From: Candidatus Poseidoniaceae archaeon
Lineage (GTDB): Archaea > Thermoplasmatota > Poseidoniia > Poseidoniales > Poseidoniaceae
Direction of reading: 5' to 3'
DNA: 64,000 nt
Assembly (NCBI GenBank): GCA_949372875.1
Contig: CASIAW010000002.1
Coordinates: 39,658 to 103,657 of the forward strand
Shown here: positions 46,848 to 55,888 of the stretch, piece by piece
Position numbering within the stretch: position 1 is the stretch's first letter
Layout of the letters: each line of letters starts with the position of its first letter
Position numbers and translations under genes: made by a program
The notes under the pieces: model-generated
Seen by the model: only the letters and a program-made list of their open reading frames with translations
What the model was told of the DNA's origin: nothing
Database searches by the model: none

Positions 46848-47162
46848 TCATCCGTTCAGAATTTTCGTTATACGTGTCCTATACTCTTCATCAGAAAGGG
46901 TGTCTTCTTTCCAACCCAGCTGAGAGAGGGCTTCGAGACGGCTCGCTTCGATGCTGTTCTTCATACGTTCAAATGCAAATTGTATCAAAAGACCAAACAC
47001 AAGGAGTGCTGCAAAGCCGAAACGCCACTCGTCGGTAAAGTATCCGATGAAGAGGCTCAACACCAATCCTTGCCCCAATGCAAAACCGAGGCGTGTGCGT
47101 AATTTATCGGTTGAATCCAAAGTATCGAGAAGACGCTTTGCACCCTCTTTTTTGGTCGCCAT
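46848..47162 (-). CDS. Small hypothetical membrane protein
   Basis: 104 aa, 2 TMs. Confidence 0.65.
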   Translation of the reverse strand: MATKKEGAKRLLDTLDSTDKLRTRLGFALGQGLVLSLFIGYFTDEWRFGFAALLVFGLLIQFAFERMKNSIEASRLEALSQLGWKEDTLSDEEYRTRITKILNG

Positions 47163-47201
47163 AATAATCCCAACATGTGTTTTCCTGTCAACATACCGGA
47201 A

Positions 47202-47849
47202 TCAGTTGGCTGGAACAAAACAGTCGTCATCAATTTCAATGAGTGTGCCGTTCATCAATAAATGGTCTAAGCCTTCATCGATTTCTTCGTGACTAATCCC
47301 GCTAGAGTTGAGATGTTTGAAAATTGAATCAAGTGTAGAGCAAGGCTCCCCTTTGGAAATCTCGGTTTCAACATGGATGAGAAGCATTTGGCAAACGACA
47401 GCAAGAAGGGGATCGTCGCTTTCTTCATCGGGAAGCAATTCAATGAAATTATTTGCAGGATGAAGGGCGACTTCCATATTACTTGCACCATCAATGCTGT
47501 CCTCACTTTCTGCAGTTCGCCTCCCAAGTCCATTCAAACTCGGATCGACATTAAGGTCGAAACAGTCGAATATATTTCGCTGGAAAGGATCTTCACCTTG
47601 CCCTTCATGTATTTCTATACGGCGGCCAAGTGCTTGAAGACGGTGTAATCGTTGTTCGATAACTCTCTTTTCTCGAGCGAGGTCGGATGAAATAAGCTCA
47701 AGAGACATATTGGCTTGCTCAGATAACCATTTCCCAAGTTGCCAATCTGGATTGATGCCGTTCATGACTTCAGCGAGACGCTGAACTTCTTCGGGCATTT
47801 GATCGACAGGAATCTGTTCCTCTGAAACCTTGTTTTGTTTGTCGCTCAT
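47202..47849 (-). CDS. Hypothetical protein with C-terminal winged-helix (RPA32C-like)
   Basis: GISHEEIDEGLDHLLMNGTLIEIDDDCF; GGAG RBS before ATG. Confidence 0.6.
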   Translation of the reverse strand: MSDKQNKVSEEQIPVDQMPEEVQRLAEVMNGINPDWQLGKWLSEQANMSLELISSDLAREKRVIEQRLHRLQALGRRIEIHEGQGEDPFQRNIFDCFDLNVDPSLNGLGRRTAESEDSIDGASNMEVALHPANNFIELLPDEESDDPLLAVVCQMLLIHVETEISKGEPCSTLDSIFKHLNSSGISHEEIDEGLDHLLMNGTLIEIDDDCFVPAN

Positions 47850-48073
47850 GTTAACGACTCTCCTTGATGACGGCCTATGAAACCTCTCTTCAAGAAGGGA
47901 CCTCGAGTTCCGGTGCAGAAACGAAAGGCACCTCCTCGTATTCTGTGAATACCCCTCTCCACAGGTCATTGACCTTGAAGTGATACCGTGGGTTGATTTC
48001 AGAAGGTATCGAAACGAACTCTCCTTTTCTGAAAGGGGGCGCGTTCATGTAGGGGTTACTCTTGCGAAAAAAC

Positions 48074-49258
48074 ATGGCAGACTATCGGATTGGAATCTTA
48101 CCGGGCGATGGAACTGGTCGAGAAGTGGCACTTGAGGCGCAACGAATACTCGACACAATAGAACAACACACGAACATCGGGTTTGAGCAAACGGTCATCA
48201 AATGCGGTGGCCAACAATATGTCGAAACCGGAGAGGAGTGGGCTGAAGGTTCATTCGAATTTTGCCGGGATGAAGCAGATGCGCTGTATCTCGGAGCAAT
48301 AGGCCACCCTGGTGCTTTTCTTCCAAATGGAGACCTTGCCGGCGGCTCAGTTATTCTCGGCCTCCGTAGCGGACTTGATTTGTATGCAAATCTTCGACCA
48401 ATCAAACTCTATGAAGGGGTGCCACACAAAGTCCACGGGAAATTTACTCAGATTTGGGAACCCGGAATGGTGGACATGACCATTTTGCGAGAAAATACTG
48501 AAGGATTGTATCATTCACTGCTACGCCGAAGTGCGGACCGAGCTATGGGTCGGCCGCCTTACGAACCTCCAGAAATGACCTTCCCGGGACTTAGCGGAGA
48601 AGTTGCTTACGACCCCCGCCCCATTTCTGAACATGGCAGTGCGCGCCTCATTCGTATGGGTTTCGAAATTGCGGAAACCCGAAATGGAGCGCCGGTTGAT
48701 GGAGTGAAGCGAGTTTCATGCATTGACAAGTCAAACGTCACCCGTGGATGCCAATTATTCCGACGCACATTTGACAAAGTCTCCCGTGAATATCCAGGCA
48801 CTGAACTTGACTACGGGTTTATTGACGCTTTCACCCAGTGGCTCACTCGAAGCCCTGAAAGTTATGACGTTGTCGTTACTTCAAACATGTTTGGCGATAT
48901 TGCCACCGACCTCGGTGCGGTACTCCAAGGTGGAATGGGTATGGCAGCATCTGGAAATATTGGTGACAAAAATGCATTCTTTGAGCCGGTTCACGGCTCT
49001 GCGCCAAAATACGCTGGCCTGAACGTCGTCAATCCAATTGCTAGTATCAATTCGATTCAACTGATGATGAATTGGTTGGGTCGCAAAAATAACAATGATG
49101 ACTTGACTCAAATCGGCACACTCATCGACAACAGTGTTGCGGACCATTTGCGTGACGGAAAAGGGCTCACTTACGACCTCGGGGGAGATGCATCATGTTC
49201 AGATGTTGGTGAAAGTATTGCAGCACGTCTTGCTGTTAAACTGAAAGAACGATTCTAA
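48074..49258 (+). CDS. Isocitrate/isopropylmalate/tartrate dehydrogenase family
   Basis: LPGDGTG, DLYANLRP, RENTEGLY, NMFGDI, FEPVHGSAP. Confidence 0.92.
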   Translation: MADYRIGILPGDGTGREVALEAQRILDTIEQHTNIGFEQTVIKCGGQQYVETGEEWAEGSFEFCRDEADALYLGAIGHPGAFLPNGDLAGGSVILGLRSGLDLYANLRPIKLYEGVPHKVHGKFTQIWEPGMVDMTILRENTEGLYHSLLRRSADRAMGRPPYEPPEMTFPGLSGEVAYDPRPISEHGSARLIRMGFEIAETRNGAPVDGVKRVSCIDKSNVTRGCQLFRRTFDKVSREYPGTELDYGFIDAFTQWLTRSPESYDVVVTSNMFGDIATDLGAVLQGGMGMAASGNIGDKNAFFEPVHGSAPKYAGLNVVNPIASINSIQLMMNWLGRKNNNDDLTQIGTLIDNSVADHLRDGKGLTYDLGGDASCSDVGESIAARLAVKLKERF

Positions 49259-49875
49259 ACATCCTGTCTCCGTTGGAGTTCCGCTTCAAATTCGGTCCAG
49301 AGTTCACTTTCGATTTGTTTTCGAAGTTTTGGTTCAAGAGCTGTTTGAACCTGTATGACGACATCTTCCCAAATCTCGATAGCCATTGATGACCTTACTT
49401 CGGCTTCATTGGCTTGGAGCATCTCTTGGACTTCGATGATAGAAAATTTTTGCTCCGACTCATCGTTTGAATACCGAAGAATCTCAGCCTGTACTATTCG
49501 TTCAATTTCGCTCATAAGGCGCGCTACAATGCTCACTTCCCAAACATCTCTCGGATGTGGAGTATCCATGTTTGTAACCGTATTTCTAAGCGTTTGAACA
49601 ATACGGGCTCGAACGGGATTACCAATTTCAAAATCCCTTACCCCTGACACAAAGCCAACTAATGCGTCAAGCCATTCCGCTTCTGAAAGAGTGTTACCAC
49701 AACCCGGGCAGTCAACTTCGGCAATCGGCAGAGGTTCGTTACTCGTCGTTTCGATGGCTGAATCTTCAGTGTTCTTTTTGTCCCGTCGCTTTGGCTCTGG
49801 GGCTTTTTCTAGATCGAAAGAAATGGATGCTCCAAAAGTGTTTTTCTTGGGATTGGTTTTCGGGGTTTCACTCAT
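49255..49875 (-). CDS. Hypothetical protein
   Basis: 206-aa ORF, CPGC, helical C-terminus. Confidence 0.6.
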   Translation of the reverse strand: MSETPKTNPKKNTFGASISFDLEKAPEPKRRDKKNTEDSAIETTSNEPLPIAEVDCPGCGNTLSEAEWLDALVGFVSGVRDFEIGNPVRARIVQTLRNTVTNMDTPHPRDVWEVSIVARLMSEIERIVQAEILRYSNDESEQKFSIIEVQEMLQANEAEVRSSMAIEIWEDVVIQVQTALEPKLRKQIESELWTEFEAELQRRQDV

Positions 49876-49957
49876 CTCGATATAAAATGTGTAAACCTAA
49901 ATAAAAAGTATTTGCCGGTAAAATGCATAAAATGGCCAAAATTAGACATAATCGAAC

Positions 49958-50704
49958 TTACGACTGGAGATAGGCAGCAATATGTTGCAAAGCCCGCTGT
50001 ATTGTTTCGTTGTTACTATATTTTTTGTTCTCAACAACCTGTTGACCTGAATCAAGATGTGCGTTCATATTTACGATGACTCTGCTTAATTCATCCACCA
50101 TTGTCACTGAGGCCATTTGGGCTGTTCGAGAAAGTGGGTTCAAATCGATTACAAGAACGGTCTTTCCCATTGAGACCAATGCCTCACATCGGTCGCCATC
50201 TTCGAGAGGGACGAGAATGACATCAGAATCCAAAATGCCTTCCTTAGTACAATTCGCCCGTGGCCCTTCTAATCCTGGAATGCGAGCATTCGGCTTAGCA
50301 CCAAGAATTTCCACATCGATTGCTTCTTGTTGTTTAATTTCATTAAGGTGTTGAAGTAATGCCTTCATGCGCTCAGGAGTACGATAGAAAATATTGATTT
50401 CAACCGGACAGTTGAGTTTCTGAGCCAGGTGCAAAATTTCTTTTCCTGCAAGTGCAACGACGTTACCGTTCACGCTAATCACAGGGTGGGTGGCTGAGCA
50501 AAGAAGAGCGAGCGCCTGTTGAGTAGCTGCAAGTGCACTGGGGATTGTTTGTTCTCCTAGCAGATAATCAAAAGCTTCCCCTCTGCCATGCGCAATCAAA
50601 GCACTTCCAGCAAGCATCCCTTTTTCCTCGGCTACCTCTAGCCTATGACGCATCAATAAAGACTGATAGCGGGGGTGAGAAGGGTCAGCAGCGATTTCGC
50701 TCAT
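49958..50704 (-). CDS. Archaeal 4-phosphopantoate--beta-alanine ligase (PPS)
   Basis: HPRYQSL, IAHGRGEAFDYLLGE, VPLEDGDR, IDLNPLSRT. Confidence 0.95.
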   Translation of the reverse strand: MSEIAADPSHPRYQSLLMRHRLEVAEEKGMLAGSALIAHGRGEAFDYLLGEQTIPSALAATQQALALLCSATHPVISVNGNVVALAGKEILHLAQKLNCPVEINIFYRTPERMKALLQHLNEIKQQEAIDVEILGAKPNARIPGLEGPRANCTKEGILDSDVILVPLEDGDRCEALVSMGKTVLVIDLNPLSRTAQMASVTMVDELSRVIVNMNAHLDSGQQVVENKKYSNNETIQRALQHIAAYLQS

Positions 50705-50713
50705 GGTATCTCC

Positions 50714-51688
50714 TCAAGCGCCGCCGACAATCATCGAAATATCGAGCGGAGGTACGCCTCGATTGACTGCGCTCGTCGAAAGAACGTCCATTCCGCTTTC
50801 ATGCCACTCATCCAATTGTTCAAACACGATACCGCCGCTTGCTTCAAGACAGATTTGGTCCCTCAAGTTCATTTCCACTAGCTGGGCAACAGTGTCTTTA
50901 CTTCGTTCAGGCCCAAAATTGTCCAGCATGATTACGAGCGGGGGTAAATGTTCATCATCGCGCTGCGACCAGGCAGCAGCTGCCATAATGGCTTCTTTTT
51001 CTTCACGAACCTCTATTTCAAGGAACGCTCCACAGCCTTCTTGCGTTACATCTTGCAGGAACTTGACGATACGACTTGCATGTGTGTCAAGGTCATCATG
51101 CATTGAGGCAAGATCGTTTTCTTTCAACATCTTAGCATCTTCGCGATGAAGACGATGTGTTAATCCTCCTCCGAGATGAACGGCCCATTTATCGAGCAGT
51201 CCCCATACAGTTTTTCGAGTACATGCTATTTGCCCTGGGGCACGAGCTGCCCATCGCCTTGCTTCTGTAGCAATGCCCGAAAGTTGCCCAAGCATGTTCA
51301 AGATACTGCGCTCCATGGCGAGAAGTGTCTCTCGATCTCCGGTAAGGATGGCTATTTCATCATCCTTTGATACTTTTTTACCATCTCCTGCCATCCATGA
51401 AATCCGCAGGGAAGGAGCCCAAATTTGCAACATATGGTCAACGGCTGCCGTTCCTACAATAATGCCATCAGCGCGAGAGTAAATTGTAGCTTCTATCGAC
51501 TGAGAGCCGCCCATGAAAGGCATGCTGATTCCGTCATCTGCAAGCAAGGCGCTGACCCAGCGGTCGATGCTTGAAAGAAGAAGGCGTGAAGGGCCATCCT
51601 CCGCAGTCCACAACTCATGACCTCGGTCATGTGGAGGGCGTTTTAACTCGGCCATGAAGTATGCTGGGGGTTCTGTAACTTCAAACAT
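50714..51688 (-). CDS. nadC: Quinolinate phosphoribosyltransferase
   Basis: ER..LN..LSGIAT, TRKT, HR, MLDN, EASGGI; start uncertain (51655 also possible). Confidence 0.9.
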   Translation of the reverse strand: MFEVTEPPAYFMAELKRPPHDRGHELWTAEDGPSRLLLSSIDRWVSALLADDGISMPFMGGSQSIEATIYSRADGIIVGTAAVDHMLQIWAPSLRISWMAGDGKKVSKDDEIAILTGDRETLLAMERSILNMLGQLSGIATEARRWAARAPGQIACTRKTVWGLLDKWAVHLGGGLTHRLHREDAKMLKENDLASMHDDLDTHASRIVKFLQDVTQEGCGAFLEIEVREEKEAIMAAAAWSQRDDEHLPPLVIMLDNFGPERSKDTVAQLVEMNLRDQICLEASGGIVFEQLDEWHESGMDVLSTSAVNRGVPPLDISMIVGGA

Positions 51689-51756
51689 GCAGATGGATGC
51701 GCACGGGATGTCATGCTTGTACAAGTTTTCATAAGGTGAATGGATTAATTGAAGAT

Positions 51757-52449
51757 ATGGATTCACGAGACGAGCAAGACATTGTTCAACTCAAATCGAT
51801 TCTGGACAGCACCGATGTGATACACATTTACGGAGCCGGACTTAATTCAGAGAGGCCAGCCCATACTGCTGTTGCGGAACTCAAGGCCCGAGATTGGGCT
51901 GTAGCACCAATTCATCCCAGAGACGGAGGGGCTACAATCCAAGGATTCCCAATTCGACCTGGGTTAGATGAAGGCGTAATCCCAAAAGTCGTCGTCTTAT
52001 TTCTAGCACCAGAACGCGCTCGGGCTGTTGTTCGAAATCTCATCATCCGTTTCCAACGTGACGTCTTTCCACTGGTTTGGTTTCAATTGGGTGCAGAGGA
52101 TGAACAATCTCGGCATGCTCTTGATGAAATGGGGGTGAACTACATCGAAAATGATTGTCTTGTTCGCTTTACTGAGCGTCACTCCTTGAAATGTGGATGT
52201 TCTCCATTACCGCAACAATGGTGCTTACAGACAGCTTCAGAAGATGGAGACGGTTGCTCAGTGTGGAACGTTTATTCCTCGGATTCAGCATCGCTGAAAC
52301 GCCCTAGGGAATCACTTGAATGGGTCGGTTCGCTCGACGACCTGGCCCAATCAAACCATACCATTCCGCGCTATATCCGTTCACTCCAAGAAAAGAATGA
52401 ATCGTTACAATCTCTCGCTTCGAGGTTATCTGGTCAAATGCTCACTTGA
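51757..52449 (+). CDS. CoA-binding protein (YccU-like) with C-terminal extension
   Basis: GAGLNSERPAH, VAPIHP, VWFQLGA, ENDC. Confidence 0.8.
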   Translation: MDSRDEQDIVQLKSILDSTDVIHIYGAGLNSERPAHTAVAELKARDWAVAPIHPRDGGATIQGFPIRPGLDEGVIPKVVVLFLAPERARAVVRNLIIRFQRDVFPLVWFQLGAEDEQSRHALDEMGVNYIENDCLVRFTERHSLKCGCSPLPQQWCLQTASEDGDGCSVWNVYSSDSASLKRPRESLEWVGSLDDLAQSNHTIPRYIRSLQEKNESLQSLASRLSGQMLT

Positions 52450-52465
52450 AAGAGGTAGTGCTAAT

Positions 52466-55400
52466 ATGGACTCTGCCCGACAACAAAGTATGCGCACCCC
52501 CTTCATACTGTTCATTTTGGTATGTTCGGTGCTCGCACCGGCGGTAAGTGCAAACAGCTCATTACAAGTAGAATCTGTATCCGACACACATACTGAAAAC
52601 AGTATCATCGACTCCTATTCATCCCTTCTAAGGGCCGCTATTGCCCACAAGAGTGACCTTTCAATGTATTCTGATTCCGAGTTAGAATCTGCACAGCAAT
52701 GGGTCGTCATTGCATTACATTTCAACGGAATTGAATCAAAAGAATTGCCCGGGGCTTGGATTGTTGATACTGATCCTTCAACTGCTGCTGATGAGTTTTC
52801 GACTCTGATTGAGAATGGAGAAATTGATGCGGCATATCCGCTTGTTGAGAAAATAATGCCGCCACGCTGGATTCCAAACGACCCGAAGTTTTCCGACCAA
52901 TGGCATCTCCAAAATACTGGACAGACTGGAGGCGCGAGCGGAGAAGATGTCAATATCACCGGTGCTTGGAACACGTATAGAGGCAATGGCATAGTTATCG
53001 GCATCGTCGACGATGGGCTTGACTGGACTCATCCGGATTTAGATAATTATTACGAGTCTACCCTTGATTACGACTTTTGTGGAAACGATGGAAACCCCTC
53101 GCCATCCTCAAATAATGCACATGGAACTGCATCCGCTGGCGTTGCTGCCGGCGTTGGAGATAACAACATTGGAGTAAGTGGCTCTGCGCCTCGAGCTGGG
53201 TTAGCGGGGTTGCAACTCATCTCCTGCAGTACGACAGATACTCGAGAATCTTCCGCACTCTCTCATGAGCGTCAAGACATCGATATCTATTCGAATTCAT
53301 GGGGCCCAAGCGACGATGGAGAGACTTTAGAAGCGCCAGGACCACTTATGTTCGCTGCAATGGAGAACGATGCAATCTTGGGCAGAGGTGGACTTGGAAA
53401 CATCATTACCTGGGCTGCTGGAAATGGTTTAGACGACGATGATAATTCCAATTACGATGGTTATGCAAACCTGCGTTATACGATTGCTGTAACAGCAGTT
53501 GATCACAAAGGAGATCAGTCATACTACGCTGAACCAGGTGCCAATATTTTGGTTGCTGCACCATCAAACGGAGATAATGAAGGGATTACAACGACAGATA
53601 ACGAAGGTTCTGGAGGTTATACCAACAGCGATTACACGGATAATTTTGGTGGGACGTCGTCAGCAACGCCCCTTGTTTCTGGCGTCATAGCGCTGATGCT
53701 TGAAGCAAATGCCAACTTGACATGGCGGGATGTTCAGCATATTCTTGTCGAAACTTCGAGGAAGAACGACGGAAACGACAATTCATGGAAAACAAATGGA
53801 GCAGGATACCTTGTGAGTCACAAATATGGCTACGGTGTTATTGATGCGGGTGCTGCTGTTTCCACTGCGGCAAATTGGAGCATCGTTGATGAAGAAATCT
53901 CATCATCAACTGGGACGATTCAAACAAATCTCAACATCCCAGACAACAGTGAAACATCTGTTTATGCAAACACGACTGTAACCGACGCTATTCAAGTCGA
54001 GAATATCGATATCGTGATCGACCTGCCTCACTCTTTCCGAGGTGATATGGAGATTATTTTGACAAGCCCCTCAGGGCATCAAAGTGTACTCGCAGAAAAG
54101 CATGATGACGACGGAAATAATTACAATAATTGGCGGTTTGGAACAGTCCAGCATTGGGGTGAAGACAGCCGAGGAGAATGGTCCTTGTCGTTACAGGACC
54201 AAGGTAATCAGGATGTGGGAACGCTCGATGAATGGGAATTAATTATTCATGGAACACAATTGAATCTTGATTCAGATGGTGATAACCTCTCTGATACCAA
54301 TGAAACCGACGTATATGGCACTGATCCTTACGATATCGACACTGATGACGATACAATAAACGATGGAGCAGAAGTTCTGATTTATGGTACAAATCCGTTA
54401 CTCAGTGATTCAGATGGAGATGGATTGTCCGACGGTGTCGAAATCAACGTGAACGGCACAGATCCATTAGACAATGATACCGATGGCGACAAGTTGCTTG
54501 ATGGTGAAGAGGTTTTGCTTTATGGGACCAATCCATTGATTCCAGACCAAGATGCTGATGTTGATGCATTCTATTGGTTTCAAGATTGCAACGATACGAA
54601 TGCAGAAGTCTATCCTGGCGCCCTAGAATTGCTGAACGGAATCGATGATAACTGCGATGGGCAGTGGGATGAAGGATACAATTCCACGGATACAGACAAT
54701 GATGGTTTATCCGACTATGGAGAATTCCACGTCTATGGCACGAACCTCTCTATGGCCGATACCGATGGGGATTTCTTGAATGATGGGGATGAAGTAGTAA
54801 TCCACCTTACAGACCCTCTCACGAAAGATAATGATTCAGACATGGATGGATTTTACTGGTTTGAGGATTGCAATGATACAAATTCGAGCATTTATCCGAA
54901 TGCTCAAGAATTGCTGGACGGCATCGACAACAATTGTGATGGCCTCATTGATGAAGCCTTTAATGGGACAGATGCGGACGCTGACGGCCTGCTCGACTTA
55001 GTTGAATTCCTCGAAACTGGGACCGACCCATTTGATGAAGACACCGATGACGATGGCTTAACCGATGGAATCGAAGTTATTTCAACGCTTACGAATCCTT
55101 TCGTACCCGACTTAGATGAAGATCAAGATGGATATCGGTGGTTCCTTGATTGTGACGACAACGATTCGGCTCGTTCTCCTAATGCTGAAGAGATATGGAA
55201 TGGCTTAGATGATGATTGTAATGGCGCTATCGATGATGGCATTGAGAGAACAAATTGGTTTACACCTACTCCGCTCATGTCAGAAGTTTTACTCAACGCT
55301 ACAAATGATTCTCTGCAATTAGGAATTCTTCTCGACCTTGACGATGCTTCAATTCAGCGGCTAAATCTCACCATACAGTGGTACCGTAATCAAACGCTCA

Positions 55401-55888
55401 TAGCACAAGGCCTTCTCTTTGAAGAAGGGGTGCACAGTTGCCAGCAACCAAGCACGACGTTCGCTGAGGAACTCTGTGCCCTCAATGGAACTGTAGGTCC
55501 ATATGAAATTGAAGCGGTCGTCTTTGATGATACAGGGTTTATTGAAGTGAAATGGATGGTTACGTATACCGTTTGGCACCCTCCGGTTGTTGAAGAGAAA
55601 GAAGAAGAGGCTGCGATTCAAACAAACGAAAATGAAAATGGAATGAGTTTACCATCGAATGTGTTGGTTTGGGTTCTCGCTATTGTCGTTGCTGTATTGA
55701 GCCTTATTCTCGTTCTTTCTCGCCGTCAAAACGCCTCACCAAACCATTCGGCTCGGCCCACTCAAGCCCCTCCAGTTTTCATTCCATCGCCAAAGTATGG
55801 TGATGTTCCAGCTGCACCAGACTTTTCTCAGATGGGAGCATATGAGCCTCCGTCAAACAATGAATGGGATACGAACCTTTGGAAGTAA
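52466..55888 (+). CDS. Secreted membrane-anchored kexin/furin-like S8 protease with P domain and acidic Ca-binding repeats
   Basis: VDDG, HGTASAG, SNSWGP, AAGNG, GTSSATP, LTWRDVQH; P domain HSFRGD; DTDxDGLxDG and DCND..YP.A.E..GIDNNCDG repeats; C-terminal TM. Confidence 0.93.
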   Translation: MDSARQQSMRTPFILFILVCSVLAPAVSANSSLQVESVSDTHTENSIIDSYSSLLRAAIAHKSDLSMYSDSELESAQQWVVIALHFNGIESKELPGAWIVDTDPSTAADEFSTLIENGEIDAAYPLVEKIMPPRWIPNDPKFSDQWHLQNTGQTGGASGEDVNITGAWNTYRGNGIVIGIVDDGLDWTHPDLDNYYESTLDYDFCGNDGNPSPSSNNAHGTASAGVAAGVGDNNIGVSGSAPRAGLAGLQLISCSTTDTRESSALSHERQDIDIYSNSWGPSDDGETLEAPGPLMFAAMENDAILGRGGLGNIITWAAGNGLDDDDNSNYDGYANLRYTIAVTAVDHKGDQSYYAEPGANILVAAPSNGDNEGITTTDNEGSGGYTNSDYTDNFGGTSSATPLVSGVIALMLEANANLTWRDVQHILVETSRKNDGNDNSWKTNGAGYLVSHKYGYGVIDAGAAVSTAANWSIVDEEISSSTGTIQTNLNIPDNSETSVYANTTVTDAIQVENIDIVIDLPHSFRGDMEIILTSPSGHQSVLAEKHDDDGNNYNNWRFGTVQHWGEDSRGEWSLSLQDQGNQDVGTLDEWELIIHGTQLNLDSDGDNLSDTNETDVYGTDPYDIDTDDDTINDGAEVLIYGTNPLLSDSDGDGLSDGVEINVNGTDPLDNDTDGDKLLDGEEVLLYGTNPLIPDQDADVDAFYWFQDCNDTNAEVYPGALELLNGIDDNCDGQWDEGYNSTDTDNDGLSDYGEFHVYGTNLSMADTDGDFLNDGDEVVIHLTDPLTKDNDSDMDGFYWFEDCNDTNSSIYPNAQELLDGIDNNCDGLIDEAFNGTDADADGLLDLVEFLETGTDPFDEDTDDDGLTDGIEVISTLTNPFVPDLDEDQDGYRWFLDCDDNDSARSPNAEEIWNGLDDDCNGAIDDGIERTNWFTPTPLMSEVLLNATNDSLQLGILLDLDDASIQRLNLTIQWYRNQTLIAQGLLFEEGVHSCQQPSTTFAEELCALNGTVGPYEIEAVVFDDTGFIEVKWMVTYTVWHPPVVEEKEEEAAIQTNENENGMSLPSNVLVWVLAIVVAVLSLILVLSRRQNASPNHSARPTQAPPVFIPSPKYGDVPAAPDFSQMGAYEPPSNNEWDTNLWK

